Source: Squalus acanthias
Lineage: Eukaryota
Length of the DNA stretch: 64,000 nucleotides
Assembly (NCBI GenBank): GCA_030390025.1
Contig: CM059432.1
Span: 91,762,001-91,826,000, forward strand
Reading direction: 5' to 3'
Shown here: piece after piece, positions 38,374 to 50,489 of the stretch
Layout: every line of letters starts with the position of its first letter
How positions within the stretch are numbered: position 1 is the stretch's first letter
The notes under the pieces: generated by a model
Seen by the model: the letters and a program-made list of their open reading frames with translations, nothing else
Databases searched by the model: none
What the model was told of the DNA's origin: nothing
Made by a program: the position numbers and the translations under genes

Positions 38374-39980
38374 GCTAGCATGTGTGGCCCAAATCAGCGT
38401 TCTTTATACAAACACATGGAGTATAAGGAATAAGTTGAATGAACTGCAGGTGCGAATTCAGATTGGAGGGTATGACATGGTAGCCATTACTGAGACATGG
38501 CTGCAAGACGGTCTGGACTGGGAACTAAATATACCAGGTTATAAGGTCTACAGGAAAGATAGAGAAAATGGCAGAGGGGGAGGAGTAGTCTTCGTGATTA
38601 AGGATGAAATCACTTCAATAATAAGAGAGGCTGTACAGAGAGGTAAGCGGGCAGTGGAGACTTTATGGGTAGAATTAAGAAATAGGAAAGGATTTAAGAC
38701 TGTAGTGGGAGTTGTGTATAGCCCCCCTGGTAGCAGCTGTGAAGTGCTAGATTGTATAAATGCAGAGATTAGACAAGCATGTAGTAAAGGCAGAGTGGTT
38801 TTAATGGGGGATTTTAACTTTCATTTGGATTGGGATAAATAGACTACCTATCAGAAAGGTAGTGAATTTCTTGAGTGTGTCCGGGATAGTTTTCTACAAC
38901 AATATGTCCTACAGGCAACAAGGGAGAAAGCCATATTAGATTTAGTAATGAGTAGCCAGATTTAGTTAACAGCCTAACTGTGCGTGAACATTTATTCAAT
39001 AGCGATCATAGCATGATCGAGTTCAACATAGCGTTTGAAAGGGAGAAATGCAAAACAGCTGCTAAGATTCTAGATTTGGGTGAGGCCGACTTCAACAGGA
39101 TGAGGCAGAGACTGTCCACAGTAAACTGGGTAAATCTGTTAATGGGTAAAACGACAGAAGATCAGTGGGAGATGTTCAAAAAAGAATTTAAGGTGATACA
39201 GAACCAGTTTATACCCCTGAGGGCAAGAGCTCTACTTGCCAAAAAAAACAGCCATGGATGACTAAAGAGGTAAGGGACAGCATAAAACTAAAATAAAAAG
39301 CATACAAAATGCAAAAAATAGCACAAATCCTGGCGATTGGAAAGAGACAAAGAACAGCAAAGGATCACAAAACAGATAGTAAGAGCTGTAAAAAGGGAAT
39401 ATGAAAAGAAACTTGCAAGGGATATCAAAATCAACATAAAGAATTTTTACAATTACATTCGGAAAAAGAGGGTAGTCAGGAGCAATGTTGGCCCCTTAAA
39501 AACTGAAAGCGGTGATATTGTCAATGATAATAGGGTTAAGTTACGAGGAGAGATTATACAAATTCGGGTTGTATTCCCTCGAATTTAGAAGGTTAAGGGG
39601 TGATCTGATCGAAGTTTTCAGATATTAAGGGGAACAGATAGGGTAGATAGAGAGAAACTATTTCCGCTGGTTGGGGATTCTAGGACTAGGGGGCATAGTC
39701 TAAAAATTAGAGCCAGACCTTTCAGGAGTGAAATTAGGAAACACTTCTACACACAAAGGGTGGTAGAAGTTTGGAACTCTCTCCCGCAAACGGCAATTGA
39801 TGCTCGATCAATTTTAAATTTTAAATCTGAGATTGATAGTTTTTTGGTAACCAAAGATATTAAGGGACATGGGCCAAAGGCAGGTATATGGAGTTACCTC
39901 GCAGACCAGCCATGATCTCATTGAATGGCGGAATGGGCTTGAAGGGCTGAATGGCCTCCTCCTGTTCCTATGTTCCTATG
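38374..39980 (+). mobile_element. Internally deleted CR1 (endonuclease region joined to 3' end) nested in another CR1 (37376-40130)
   Basis: APE motifs (VAITETWL, MGDFNF) at 38400-38830, then a jump at about 39530 to the ORF2 C-terminus and TGTTCCTA tail; ATAG at both flanks. Confidence 0.85.
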
Positions 39981-40139
39981 ATAGATTGTTGGATAATAAG
40001 GGAATCAAGGGATATGGGGATCAGGTGGGAAACTGGATCCCCTTGAGGTCAAAGATCAGCCAATATTCAGGCAGAGCAGGCTTGAGGGGCCGTATTGCCG
40101 ACTCCTGCTCCTATTTCTTATATACTTATGAGCTGCGAT

Positions 40140-40420
40140 GTCATACAGTTGGCACTGACTGCCCTAGCCACCTCCTTCCACTAGCCTGAGCATGTTGTGA
40201 GTGTTCTCCATTCAGCCTGAAACAGGCCTCCTTCCTCTGCCTTACTGGACTCAGAAGCACTTTCACTTCTGACTCAGAAAACCTGGGGCTCTGTGCCCTG
40301 CATCTAACCTCTCCAAAGATTCTCATTGCTGCTTGCTGAAAAGTGGCTGACTGCTGATGCCTGGCCCTTAAGCTGCTGTGAGTATTTAAATCCATCAGCA
40401 TTACAGCATTTCCCACCCCT
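40140..40420 (-). mobile_element. Degenerate Harbinger Myb exon-1 fragment
   Basis: RAQSPRFSESEVKVLL..VRQRK...W motif. Confidence 0.6.
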
Positions 40421-41064
40421 AAATGAGTGAACTCCCAATCAAAGGTATTGATAATGCCAGGACCTTGCCTTGAATATTTTAATAAAGTTGACCCGCAGAA
40501 ACATCAGCGGAGTCAGCACTGGCACAGCCCATTCCTGTCCCTCCACACAATCAGGCATTAATACTATGGGGCAATGCTGCACAAATAGTGTCTCTTTAAA
40601 TGTACTTTATACTGCTGTCTTAACATAAGAAAGAGTGCCCTCAAAGCATCAGTTGGGAAATAAAATATATCACAATCTTTTATCGCTTTGTCAAACACCA
40701 TTAAAAATTGAGTGTTGTTGAAGCCTTCAATAGAGTGTTTTAACCTGTATGCAGGATTCAGGTAATTTCACCGCTTTCAAACTATTTGTTCTATGATTAA
40801 TGTGGTGGGGTTAAAATTTATTTGGTTTCATTGTTTCTCATGACTAGTTGCTCAAATTCCAATTTGTCTTGCAGGCTCTGATACCAGTGGCGTGTTTAAT
40901 TAATCTTGAAAAAACATAGGTCACAGGAAAATGCAGATAAGAAAATTACTGGTAGCAAAAATTTCAGAACAGGATGCACAAAACAGTTAACAAGAAAACA
41001 TGAGACAGTATCATAATTCTAAATATGGGTAGCCTAAAAGAGGGTGCCCTGAACCAAGCAATCA

Positions 41065-43735
41065 CAGGTGAGGGCGCACTTGCTGATAGAGGTCAACAGC
41101 TCCAAGCAAAACTTACATCCGCATCTCACACCTTGCCTACAATCACAGCTATTCAACTATGGCAGGCACATCTCCCAAACACATAGTGGCACACTCACTC
41201 ACACACTTTCCTTTCTCTTGCAGGCCAAGCTGGCCCACAATAGGAGGGAGCAGCAATGAGCAGGCAGGGGTGAAGCGGACATCCAACAGCTTAAAGACCT
41301 GGAGAAGCGAGTGTTGAGAGTCATTGGGCGCCAGGTGGTGGGCGCCGTGGCCATCGGTGACGTCGACCCCCTTGGGGGCAACAACGGTATGTTCATCCCC
41401 TCTCTTTCTCTCATCCCACTTCCCCCTCACAGCACAAGCCTTTCTCACTTTCCAGCTCATTATACTGTCTGCATTCCTTGCTCCCTTCCTGCCCCCTGCC
41501 CTCACCTTAACACTAGTCTTGTGCCTTTATGCTTTCAGGTAATCAGTAACCAGATGACCAGCCTGTCCCTGAGCCTCCCAGTGAGAGCGAGGCGGGAGAA
41601 GAGGAGGAGGAAGAAAGCACCGTGTGCATGTCTCACCCGCAGGCACCACCTCAGATACTGGGACTACGCGATCTTTAGAGGCAAGTTTAGTAGAGGGGTC
41701 TGCACTGGGTGATGCACCGGGGACAAGCGGGCTGCAGCAAGGCCGGGGGAAAGGGTAGCTCGGGAGCCAGCTCTCTGGAGGGTGAGTTCTGCTGCACAGG
41801 ACTTAGATGAGGACTTCGATGGGGAGGCGTTCACAAGAAGGGTGATGGGCATGCACACGGAGATGATAGGTGCAATGGCAAGGATGCCCGAGAGCCTGTC
41901 GGCAAAGGTAAGGAGTGTGGAGGAGTCTGCCTCCAACATTGCACAGAGCTCTGCGCACACCATGGAGCCCATCCTTGGCAGTCAGCAAGGATGGTGGACT
42001 CCCTGAGAGACTGTGGGGACCCAGACCTCATGCCGCATGTCATGGGCAATGTGGCAGCATCCATTGCAGCGCAGGCAGAAGCCACGCAACGTCTTAGTGC
42101 TGTAATGCAGTCAGTGGTTGCTGCCATCGAGTCTCAGACTGCTCTCATGCAGTATCAGCTTGATGCCACAACGCAATCTCTGACTGCTGCCATCGTCGCT
42201 GACTCCACCACAGTCCACCGGGGATCTCACGGTGTTGCATCAGGCCAGCAATCTGTGCTGCAACAGATTGCTAGGGATGCTGAGGTGCTTCCCCGGGGCA
42301 GTGGCAGTGGGTCAGTGGAGCAGGAAGCTGCTGTCCTCTCTCAGGGTGACAACATTCCTGCTCCCACCACTGCTACTCCACCATTGCCCTTGTCGCTGCC
42401 TGTCATCCAGCCAGGCCAGACTGCTGCGCCCAGCCTGGGGTGGTGCAGTTTACAGCCGGGCCTTCCAGGCTCAGAGCTGGTCGAGGGCATCCTGCAAGGC
42501 CATCGACACTCAGCAGCCTTCCACCAGCCCTGCTGCAGCCACTGGGGACATACTACGTAGGAGCAGTAGATGAGGAAAAGGCACAGTAAAGAGGGGAACT
42601 AAGAGTTTGCACAAGGATGATTAGTTAATATTGTTGTTGTATTTATGTGTATACTGAATGTCGATAAATTTATTAATGGAATTTTGCTGATTTTGTGCTT
42701 TCTCTAATTTCAGCTTTGCGCTGAGATATGGCAAGCAAAATGGATGGAATGATGGGGATGTGGTGAGCAACGGGGATGTGGGGTAGAATTTATTGGAACC
42801 GCAGTCTGATCAGGCGGTCACGGACCACCCTTCCAGAATGCCGATTGAGTGGCTGCCTCCTCCCTCGCTGCTGTTCCTCCTCCTGTTGCTCCTCCTCCTC
42901 CTCCTCCTCATCCTCCTCTCCCTCTTCCTCCTCCTGAGGTGGTCCCGCTATGCCTGGTGGCAATGGCTGAGCCCTCATGCTGGCCAAGTTGCGACGAAAA
43001 GGGACACCCGCTCAGCCGAGTACTGGAGGGCTCCTCACAAGCGGTCAAGGCAGCAGAACCGTTGCTTCAGCACTCCGATGGTCTGCTCGATGATGTTCCT
43101 GGTGGCGGCAAGGCTCTCATTATATGAGTGCTGAGCAGCAGTGTTGGGGTTGCGGAGGGGAGTCATGAGCCAGGTGGAGAGCGGATAGCCCTTGTCTCCG
43201 ACCAGTCAGCCGCGAGCTTGGTATGGTGGCTGGAAGAGGGCTGGCACACCGGTCTGGTGCAGGATGAAGGCATCGTGACTGCTGCCAGGATAGCGGGCAC
43301 TGACGGTGATGATTCGCTGTATGTGGTCGCACACCAACTGCACATTAAGTGAGTGGCATCCTTTGCAGTTATGGAATACCTCAGGATTGTTATGCGGTGC
43401 CCGCAAAGCCACGTGGGTCCAGTCAATGGCGCCCTGCACCATGGGGAATCCCGCTATCCTGGCAAAGCCACATGCACGCTAGTCCTGCTTCTCTCTGGTC
43501 ATTGGGAAGGAAATGTAGTCCCTTCTCCTTCTGTAGAGAGCCTCTGTGGCCTCCCAGATGCAGTGGGAACTGCGAGATGTTAGCTATGTCTCCTGCTGCA
43601 GACTAGAAGGATTCGCTGGCGTTGAAATTGAGGGCGACGGTGACCTTGACTGCCACTGAGAGAGCCGTGGTGGTCCTGATCTGAGGCTCGAGGTCTGGCT
43701 GCAGGAGGCTGACCAAGCAGCTCCACAAAGTCCAT
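41065..43735. mobile_element. Harbinger lacking both termini: Myb gene on + (about 41070-42575) and transposase on - (42790-43720)
   Basis: TTGCAG then AKLAHNRREQ. Minus strand [26 protein letters not shown] and an acidic tail ending RDRLIRLRFQ. Confidence 0.9.
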
Positions 43736-43934
43736 CTTAGCTAAGCTCCTCACTATGTTAACGGAATAGAGTAACACCTATACTATCGGCTGTTGCAAGA
43801 AGTCATCTTCTCACAAAGACATAACATTTTTAAGATTTTATGTAACAATCCTCACACTGAATATCTAATTAATACTTTAAATAACTATTATTGAGACTAA
43901 TCTAGCATTACAGAAACAGTATAACTGTAAAAAG

Positions 43935-44150
43935 GACAATGAAGGAATGGTGATATATGTCCAAGTTAGGATGGTGTGTGACTGGAAGGGAAACTTGGAG
44001 GTGATGGTGTTCCTATGCACCTGCTGCCCTTGTCCTTCTAGCTGGTGAAGGTCATGGGTTTGGGAAGTGCTGCCAAAGATGCCTTGGTGAGTTGTTGCAG
44101 TGCATCCTGTAGATAGTACACACTGCAGCCACGGTGCACCGATGGTGCAA
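43935..44150 (-). mobile_element. 3' fragment of the single-ORF LINE family
   Basis: Similar to 10440-10650. Confidence 0.85.
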
Positions 44151-44494
44151 TAAAGGCAGCAGAGCATATTTAACATTTTGAGGCCATCTAAAATTCTTCT
44201 CTTGCATCTCACAATGTTTTTGCAACTCTAGGGTGTCATTGTCATTAATCAGCAAGGTGGAGCAGAGACTGCAAAAGGCAAGGACCATAGCCGAAGAAAA
44301 AGACTAATTTTCCCCATAGAAATTAAACATTTTACAAATGCAGGAGCAAAAGAACTGCACAAAATTACAAAGACCAGAGAGAAAGTTTAAAACTTACAGG
44401 AGATATGAATAAAAAGTTAGGAAAACTGGAATATTTACCTGGCACAGCAGAAAACCATGATGGCAGAATTTATCAGGCTTCAGAAAAGTAATAA

Positions 44495-44586
44495 CAACAG
44501 AAAACGCTGGAAAAACTCAGCAGGCCAGGCAGCATCCGTGGAGAGAGAAACAGAGTTAACGTTTCAGGTCGAGGACCCTTTCGTCT
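44495..44586. mobile_element. Penelope-like terminal fragment
   Basis: Recognised motif ACTCAGCAGGCCAGGCAGCATCCGTGGAGAGAGAAACAGAGTTAACGTTTCAGGTC; a decayed version sits at about 60380-60545. Confidence 0.6.
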
Positions 44587-44749
44587 AATTGCTTTGCAGC
44601 ACCACTGGGTGGCTAAAGACTGAAACTGCATGTTGATTCAAATCTTATTCAACATTTCTTCTGTTACAGGTCAGTCATCAAATTAACATTGGAAATCCTA
44701 TTACAGCACCACCTACTGATATAACAGGGAATGGTTATGGGTAAGTGTG

Positions 44750-45572
44750 GACATTTTTAACATAAGAATATCCATAGGAATATGTATGTGGGATTTTTCA
44801 ATGCAACACATGATAGACATACCAGTTTTTATAATATACTAGTCGATCTCCCATGGCATAGCACATGGGGACTATAGTCATCAGGAGAACTGGGGTTGGA
44901 CGGTGGGGAATAATACGACCAGGGTGTGCTGACATAAATTCAATCTTCATTTTAAAGTCAGATATTCTCTCTAGTTTTTATATTCCCATTAAAAATGTTT
45001 CGGATTATTAAATCCTATATGGACATTTATAATGGGAATTGGGGCATAAAAACTTGTCACACTCCAATTACATCAGTAGTGATGCTGCAGTGTCTCCACT
45101 GGCAGGAGAATTTAATTACAACGTGACAAGTTTACATGGGCAGTTTCTATTACAAATATGGACATAGGAATTTATATGGGAAAAGTTGATATGAAATGCG
45201 CATGGACAGAAGGTTTTTAATATATCACAATCTCCCATGACATTGAATATGGTAAATCAGAGCATATGACCGCACTTACCTGTCTCTGCTGTCTTTGTGT
45301 TGCTCTTTTACTCTCTGTCTTTTCACTTCTGCTTGTCTCCCCTTAACTCTTTGCTTCTTCTTCTGTCTTTTTCTTTCCATTCAGGTGAGAGGATGTGGGT
45401 GGTACGGCATGGTGTGGCAGGGAAAGGAGGCACAAATGGCTGGAGGCCACTTTTGGGATGTGATTGTCGGGAAAATATGACTCTCAGTGGCTCCATTCCC
45501 ATTGCCTCCCCAATCACTTTACATAGGCAAAACTCTATAAATATGGACATAGGAATTTATAATGGGAAAAGA
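44750..45572 (-). mobile_element. Helitron-like head-to-tail units
   Basis: On the minus strand a hairpin (44850-44869), 7 nt, CTAG and T. The motif ATATGGACATAGGAATTTAT recurs, and a second decayed hairpin module lies at about 45230-45252. Confidence 0.5.
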
Positions 45573-45610
45573 CGCTCCTTAAAACCTACCTCTTTGACCA
45601 AGCTTTTGGA

Positions 45611-46930
45611 CCAGAACTATACACAGTACTCTAGCTGTGACCTAACTAGTGTTTTATACAGTTCTAGCATTGATATCTTCCTACAGTCTACAGCTATCTT
45701 CCTCACTATCTTCCTCATTTTTTGAAGAGGTAATGAGGAGGGTTGATGAGGGTAGCGCATTCGATGATTTGGGATTTTAGCAAGGCCTTTGACAAGGTCC
45801 CACATAGCAGACTGGTCAGAAAAGTAAAAGCCCATGCGATCCAAGGGAAAGTGGTAAGTTGGTTCCAAAATTGACTCAGTAGCAGGAAGCAAAGGGTGAT
45901 GGTCGATGGGTGGTTTTGTGACTGGAAGGCTGTTTCCAGTGGGGTTCTGCAGGGCTCAGTACTAGGTCCCTTGCATTTAGTGGTATATATCAATGATTTA
46001 AGCTTATGTAGGGGGCATGATTAAGAAGTTTGCAGATGATACAAAAATTGGCTGTGTGGTTGATAGTGAGGAAGAAAGCTCTAGACTGCAGGAAGATATC
46101 AATGGACTGGTCAGGTGGGCAGCATAGTGGCAAATAGAGTTCAATTTGGAGAAGCGTGAGGTAATGCATTTGGGGAGGGCTAGGGAATACACAATAAATG
46201 GTGGGATACTGAGAAGTGTAGAGGAGGAACAGAGGGACCTTGGAGTGCATGTCCACAGATCCCTGAAGGTAGCAGGACAGGTAGATAAAATGGTTAAAAG
46301 GGCATATGGAATACTTTTCTTTATTATCCGAGACATAGATTATAAGAGCAGGGAGGTTATGCTTGAATTGTATAAAACATTAGTTAGGCCACAGCTAGAG
46401 TACTGCGTACAGTTCTGGTCACCACATTACAGGAAAGATGTGATTGCACTAGATAGGGTACAGAAGAGATTTACAAGAATGTTGCCAGGACTGGAGAATT
46501 TTAGCTATGAGGAAAGATTGGATAGTCTGGGGTTGTTTTCTTTGGAAGGCTGATTGGGAGACTTAATTGAAGAGTATAAAATTATGAGGGGCCTGGATGG
46601 AGTGGATAGGAAGGACATATTTCCCTTAGCAGAGAGGTCAATAACCAGGGGGCATAGATTTAAAGTAATTGGTAGAAGGATTAGAGGGGAGTTGAGGAGA
46701 ACTTTATTCACCCAGAGGGTGGTGGGGGTCTGGAACTCACTGCCTGAAAGGGTGGTAGAGGCAGAAACCCTCATCACATTTAAAAAATACCTTGAATTGC
46801 TGTAACCTACAAGGCTACGGACCAAGAGCTGGAAAGTGGGATTAGTCTGGATAACTCTTTTTTGGCCGGCACAGACACGATGGGTCGAATGGCCGCCTAC
46901 TGTGCCGTAAATTTCTAGGATTCTATGAAA
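45611..46930 (+). mobile_element. CR1 LINE, 5'-truncated, with short inverted pieces at its 5' end
   Basis: RT and C-terminal motifs 45716-46800; 45611-45710 are inverted copies of internal parts. Confidence 0.92.
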
Positions 46931-47049
46931 TCCCACCTACCCACTTTTTCACCAAAACCCTCAAGCCCTTCTCTCTCAGAAGCACATCTATTTGTCTTTT
47001 GAACCCATTCATACTGTTTGCTTCAATTGCTTTAGTAGTAACTTATTCC

Positions 47050-48490
47050 AGAACTCAAAACTGAATGAAATCAGTATTTGTAGGGAAATGGTGTTAGGAA
47101 AATTGATGGGATTGAAAGCCAATAAATCCCCAGGGCCTGATAATCTACATCCTAGGGTACTTAAGGAAGTGGCCCTAGAAATAGTAGATGCATTGCGGGT
47201 CATCTTCCAAAATTCTATAGACTCTGGAACAGTTCCCATGGATTGGAGGGTAGCTAATGTAACCCCACTATTTAAAAAAGGTGGTAGAGAGAAAACGGGG
47301 AATTATAGACCGGTAAGCCTGACATTGGTAGTGGGGAAAATGCTAGAGTCCATTATAAAAGATGTAATAGCAGAGCAATTGGAAAACAGTGACAGGATCG
47401 GACAAAGTCAACATGGATTTACAAAAGGTAAATCATGCTTGACTAATCAACTGGAATTTTTTGAGGATGTAACTGGTAGAATAGATAAGGGAGAAGCAGT
47501 GGATGTGGTGTATTTGGACTTTCAGAAGGCTTTCGATAAGGTCCCGCATAAGAGATTAGCGTGCAAAGTTAAAGCACATGGGATTGGGGGTAAGGTACTG
47601 ACTTGGATAGAGAACTGGTTGGCAGACAGGAAGCAAAGAGTTGGAATAAATGGGTCTTTTTCCGAATGGCAGGTAGTGACTAGTGGGGTACCGCAGGGAT
47701 CGGTGCTAGGACCCCAGCTATTCACAATATATATAAATGATCTAGACAAGGGAACTAGATGTAATATCTCCAAGTTTGCAGACGACACAAAGCTGGGTGG
47801 ACGTGTGTGCTGTGAGGAGAATGCAGAGAAACTCCAGTATGATTTGGACAGGTTGGGTGATTGGGCAGATGCATGGCAGATGTAGTATAATGTGGATAAA
47901 TGCGAGGTTATCCACTTTGGTGGCAAAAACAGGAAGACAGATTATTATCTGAACGGCAATAGATTGGGAAAAGGGGAAGTGCAACGAGACCTGGGTGTCC
48001 TTGTGCACCGGTCGCTGAAGGTAAGCATGCAGGTGCAGCAGGCGGTTAAGAAGGCAAATGGTATGTTGGCCTTCATAGCGAGAGGATTCGAGTACAGGAG
48101 CAAGGATGTCTTGCTGCAGTTGTACAGGGCCTTGGTGAGACCATACCTTGAGTATTGTGTGCAGTTTTGGTCGCCTTATCTGAGGAAGGATGTTCTTGCC
48201 ATGGAGGGAGTGCAGCGAAGATTCACCAGACTGATACCTGGGATGGCAGGAATGACGTATGAAGAGAGATTGGGTCGATTAGGCTTATATTCGCTAGAGT
48301 TTAGAAGAATGAGAGGGGATCTCATTGAAACTTATAAAATTCTAACAGGACTAGACAGACTAGATGCAGGATGTTCCCGATGGCGGGGGAGTCCAGAACC
48401 AGGGGTTACAGTCTAAGGATAAGGGGTAAGGCTTTTGGGACTGAGATGAGGAGGAATTTCTACTCCTGCTCCTATCTTCTATGTTTCTAA
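47050..48490 (+). mobile_element. CR1 LINE RT region, with a deletion before the tail
   Basis: 297-aa ORF 46992-47885 and 174-aa ORF 47892-48416. Confidence 0.95.
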
Positions 48491-48699
48491 AACACCTTTT
48501 GAATAAAAAGTTCTGCTGGACTGCCCTTATTACTACTAATTTCTTAATTTTTAATCGGTGTCCCCTGATGTTTGAATCTTCACCAAGGTTAATAATTTCC
48601 TTTGATCAATTTTGACAAGTCCCTCCATAATCCTCAAAAATTAATGACCCTGAAGCTTTCTACTTTTCCACTAGGTTGAAGGCTCTCTAAATGCAAGTT

Positions 48700-49013
48700 G
48701 TTGGTTTGCAGGTGATTGGAGGGTTTGGCGGGAATCCCCGACGGTTGACGTCACAATCAGGGGCTGACAGTCAGTTCCAAGGCCGGGGAACGGCGGGAGC
48801 GGCCGTTAGGCTACGAACATGAACGGTGAAAGAGAGTTTGCGCTGCAATAGATTAAACCTAACGAATATATATCTAAAAAAACATCTGAAACAGCAATTT
48901 TTAAAAAAAAATGAAACGACTCTGGTGCGCATGCCCTGCACTAAGCCGTGAGCCAATCAGGCTGCTCCATGTTGCTGTGTGCGGACGCAGTTTGTGTTGC
49001 TAATGAGACGAAG
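48700..49013 (+). promoter_or_regulatory. ZC2HC1A: ZC2HC1A promoter / 5' UTR (CpG island)
   Basis: CpG-rich. GGGAATCCCC 48730-39, CRE TGACGTCA 48746-53, NRF1-like TGCGCATGCC 48926-35, CCAAT 48953-57, X-box-like GTTGCTAATGAGAC 48996-49009. Confidence 0.75.
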
Positions 49014-49038
49014 ATGGAGGAGGCGCTGGGGAGGCAAG
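49014..49038 (+). CDS. ZC2HC1A: ZC2HC1A coding exon 1 (MEEALGRQ-G, phase 1)
   Basis: Strong Kozak context AAGATGG, strong donor AAG|GTGAGT, lies in a CpG island, and the phase fits exon 2. Confidence 0.8.
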
Positions 49039-49849
49039 GTGAGTGAGTGATGGACCACCCGCCCGCACCTTTCTGATCCCGGGGGGGCCGCCCCGGCTAC
49101 CGTCAGCTCACCGCTTGTGGCCACTGATGTGGCGCAGGATGCTGCCAGCCTGCGGCGGTACAGCGCCCTTGTCTCCCCGGTAATGTCCCCGTGTGAGGGG
49201 ACCGGGAGGATCCACATCTCCGGGTCCAAGGATGCAGAGGCTAGGGGCCCAGGTGGATCATTTCTCTCTCAGCTCTGCTGTTTGGGGAATGGTTCCCCCA
49301 CACCCGTGTTCGGTGTCGATATAACGACTGCTGCTGGAGTTTATTTTCCTCCAAATTAAAAATTTATGCCCACAAGCGTGAATTCCATTTTTGAAAATAA
49401 ATGTTTGCAGCTCTTAACTGCGATGATGTCTCTTCCCTCTCCGCCCTTGTTGCATCGATTTATTTGATGAGATTTGCATGGACCTTTTGATTTGGAGCTT
49501 GGTTTATAAAAACAAAGTAGAAATTACTGATTTGTATATAAGCAATTAAGCAAGGCTCAAATATGTATGTCTGTAATTCTCAAAACTATTAAATCGTGTG
49601 GCAAATTTCACTAAATGAGTTTAGTTATCTGAATTGTGTTATTGAGTTAAGAGCCTTCTCATTTTTTATTGCACCAATGGTCAATATGACCTTGTTTTTG
49701 TGAGAATTAATATTGTCATGTGAGAAATAGTATTGTCATATAGATATGTATAGCATTTTAGTTGATTGTCCAGATTCAAGAAAATAAGAACATGGCACAT
49801 ACTTGCATGAACCTCTTGTGGTTGCATATGAGTTGGCCGTTAATGGTAT

Positions 49850-50340
49850 GGAAGCCCTTATGGTTAACAGGCTCCGAGGTGGTCGGGGGTGCCATGATGA
49901 CTGTGTGTGCAGTCTATTGCACCCTGCACTTGTGGAAAGTCAGCAGAGCTGCAAACACTAATGTTCTTTCTGTCTGACTTGTTAAGTTGGAAATTAGATA
50001 CATTGACTGGCCCAGTCAAGTAACATATCTGTTGCATTTGCTGGCTGCATTTGTGGGTGGCTGACTGCGACACTCTCTATGTCCCCTGTGGCAGTTTGGA
50101 AGGATCCAAAGCCTTAAAAGTTGAGGTCAGTGAACACTTTCACTGCCCATGGCATAGCTGCCCGGGGCAGCTGGTCGTCTTCCAGGAGCCTGCAGAGGAC
50201 TGTGACTACCTGCCTTGACAATGTGAGCCTCCTGAAGCACTGCTCCTCAGAAAAGCCAAGAAAGTTGAACCTCTGTTATGCACCCATAATCAGCTTTTTT
50301 TGTTGTTGTAAGATTCTCCAAATTACAAGCCAAAGCAAAC
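49850..50340 (-). pseudogene. Degenerate Harbinger transposase fragment (intronic)
   Basis: FPQVQGAIDCTH motif in ORF 49864-50073. Confidence 0.75.
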
Positions 50341-50489
50341 AGTGATTACTGAATCACAGCTGACAATGAAGTGGAAAAGCACCTGTGAATGTTGTAGCTT
50401 TATTCACATCGTGGCCCCATTACATTCAGCACACTGATCAGTCAGGGCCCAATCCCGCCTGGCTTCCACTAACGACCTTGCCAGCCTGC

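Noticed and set aside
40874..41030. Acceptor-flanked candidate exon
   Set aside because: Stop codons interrupt the readings I tried; no homology recognised.
44670..44740. 71-nt candidate exon (TTACAG...GG|GTAAGT; VSHQINIGNPITAPPTDITGNGY)
   Set aside because: Good splice sites but no partner exons or recognisable protein; it sits next to the Helitron-like array.
48957..49359. ORFs 48957-49229 (-) and 49117-49359 (+)
   Set aside because: GC-rich CpG-island ORFs overlapping exon 1 and intron 1; no protein features.
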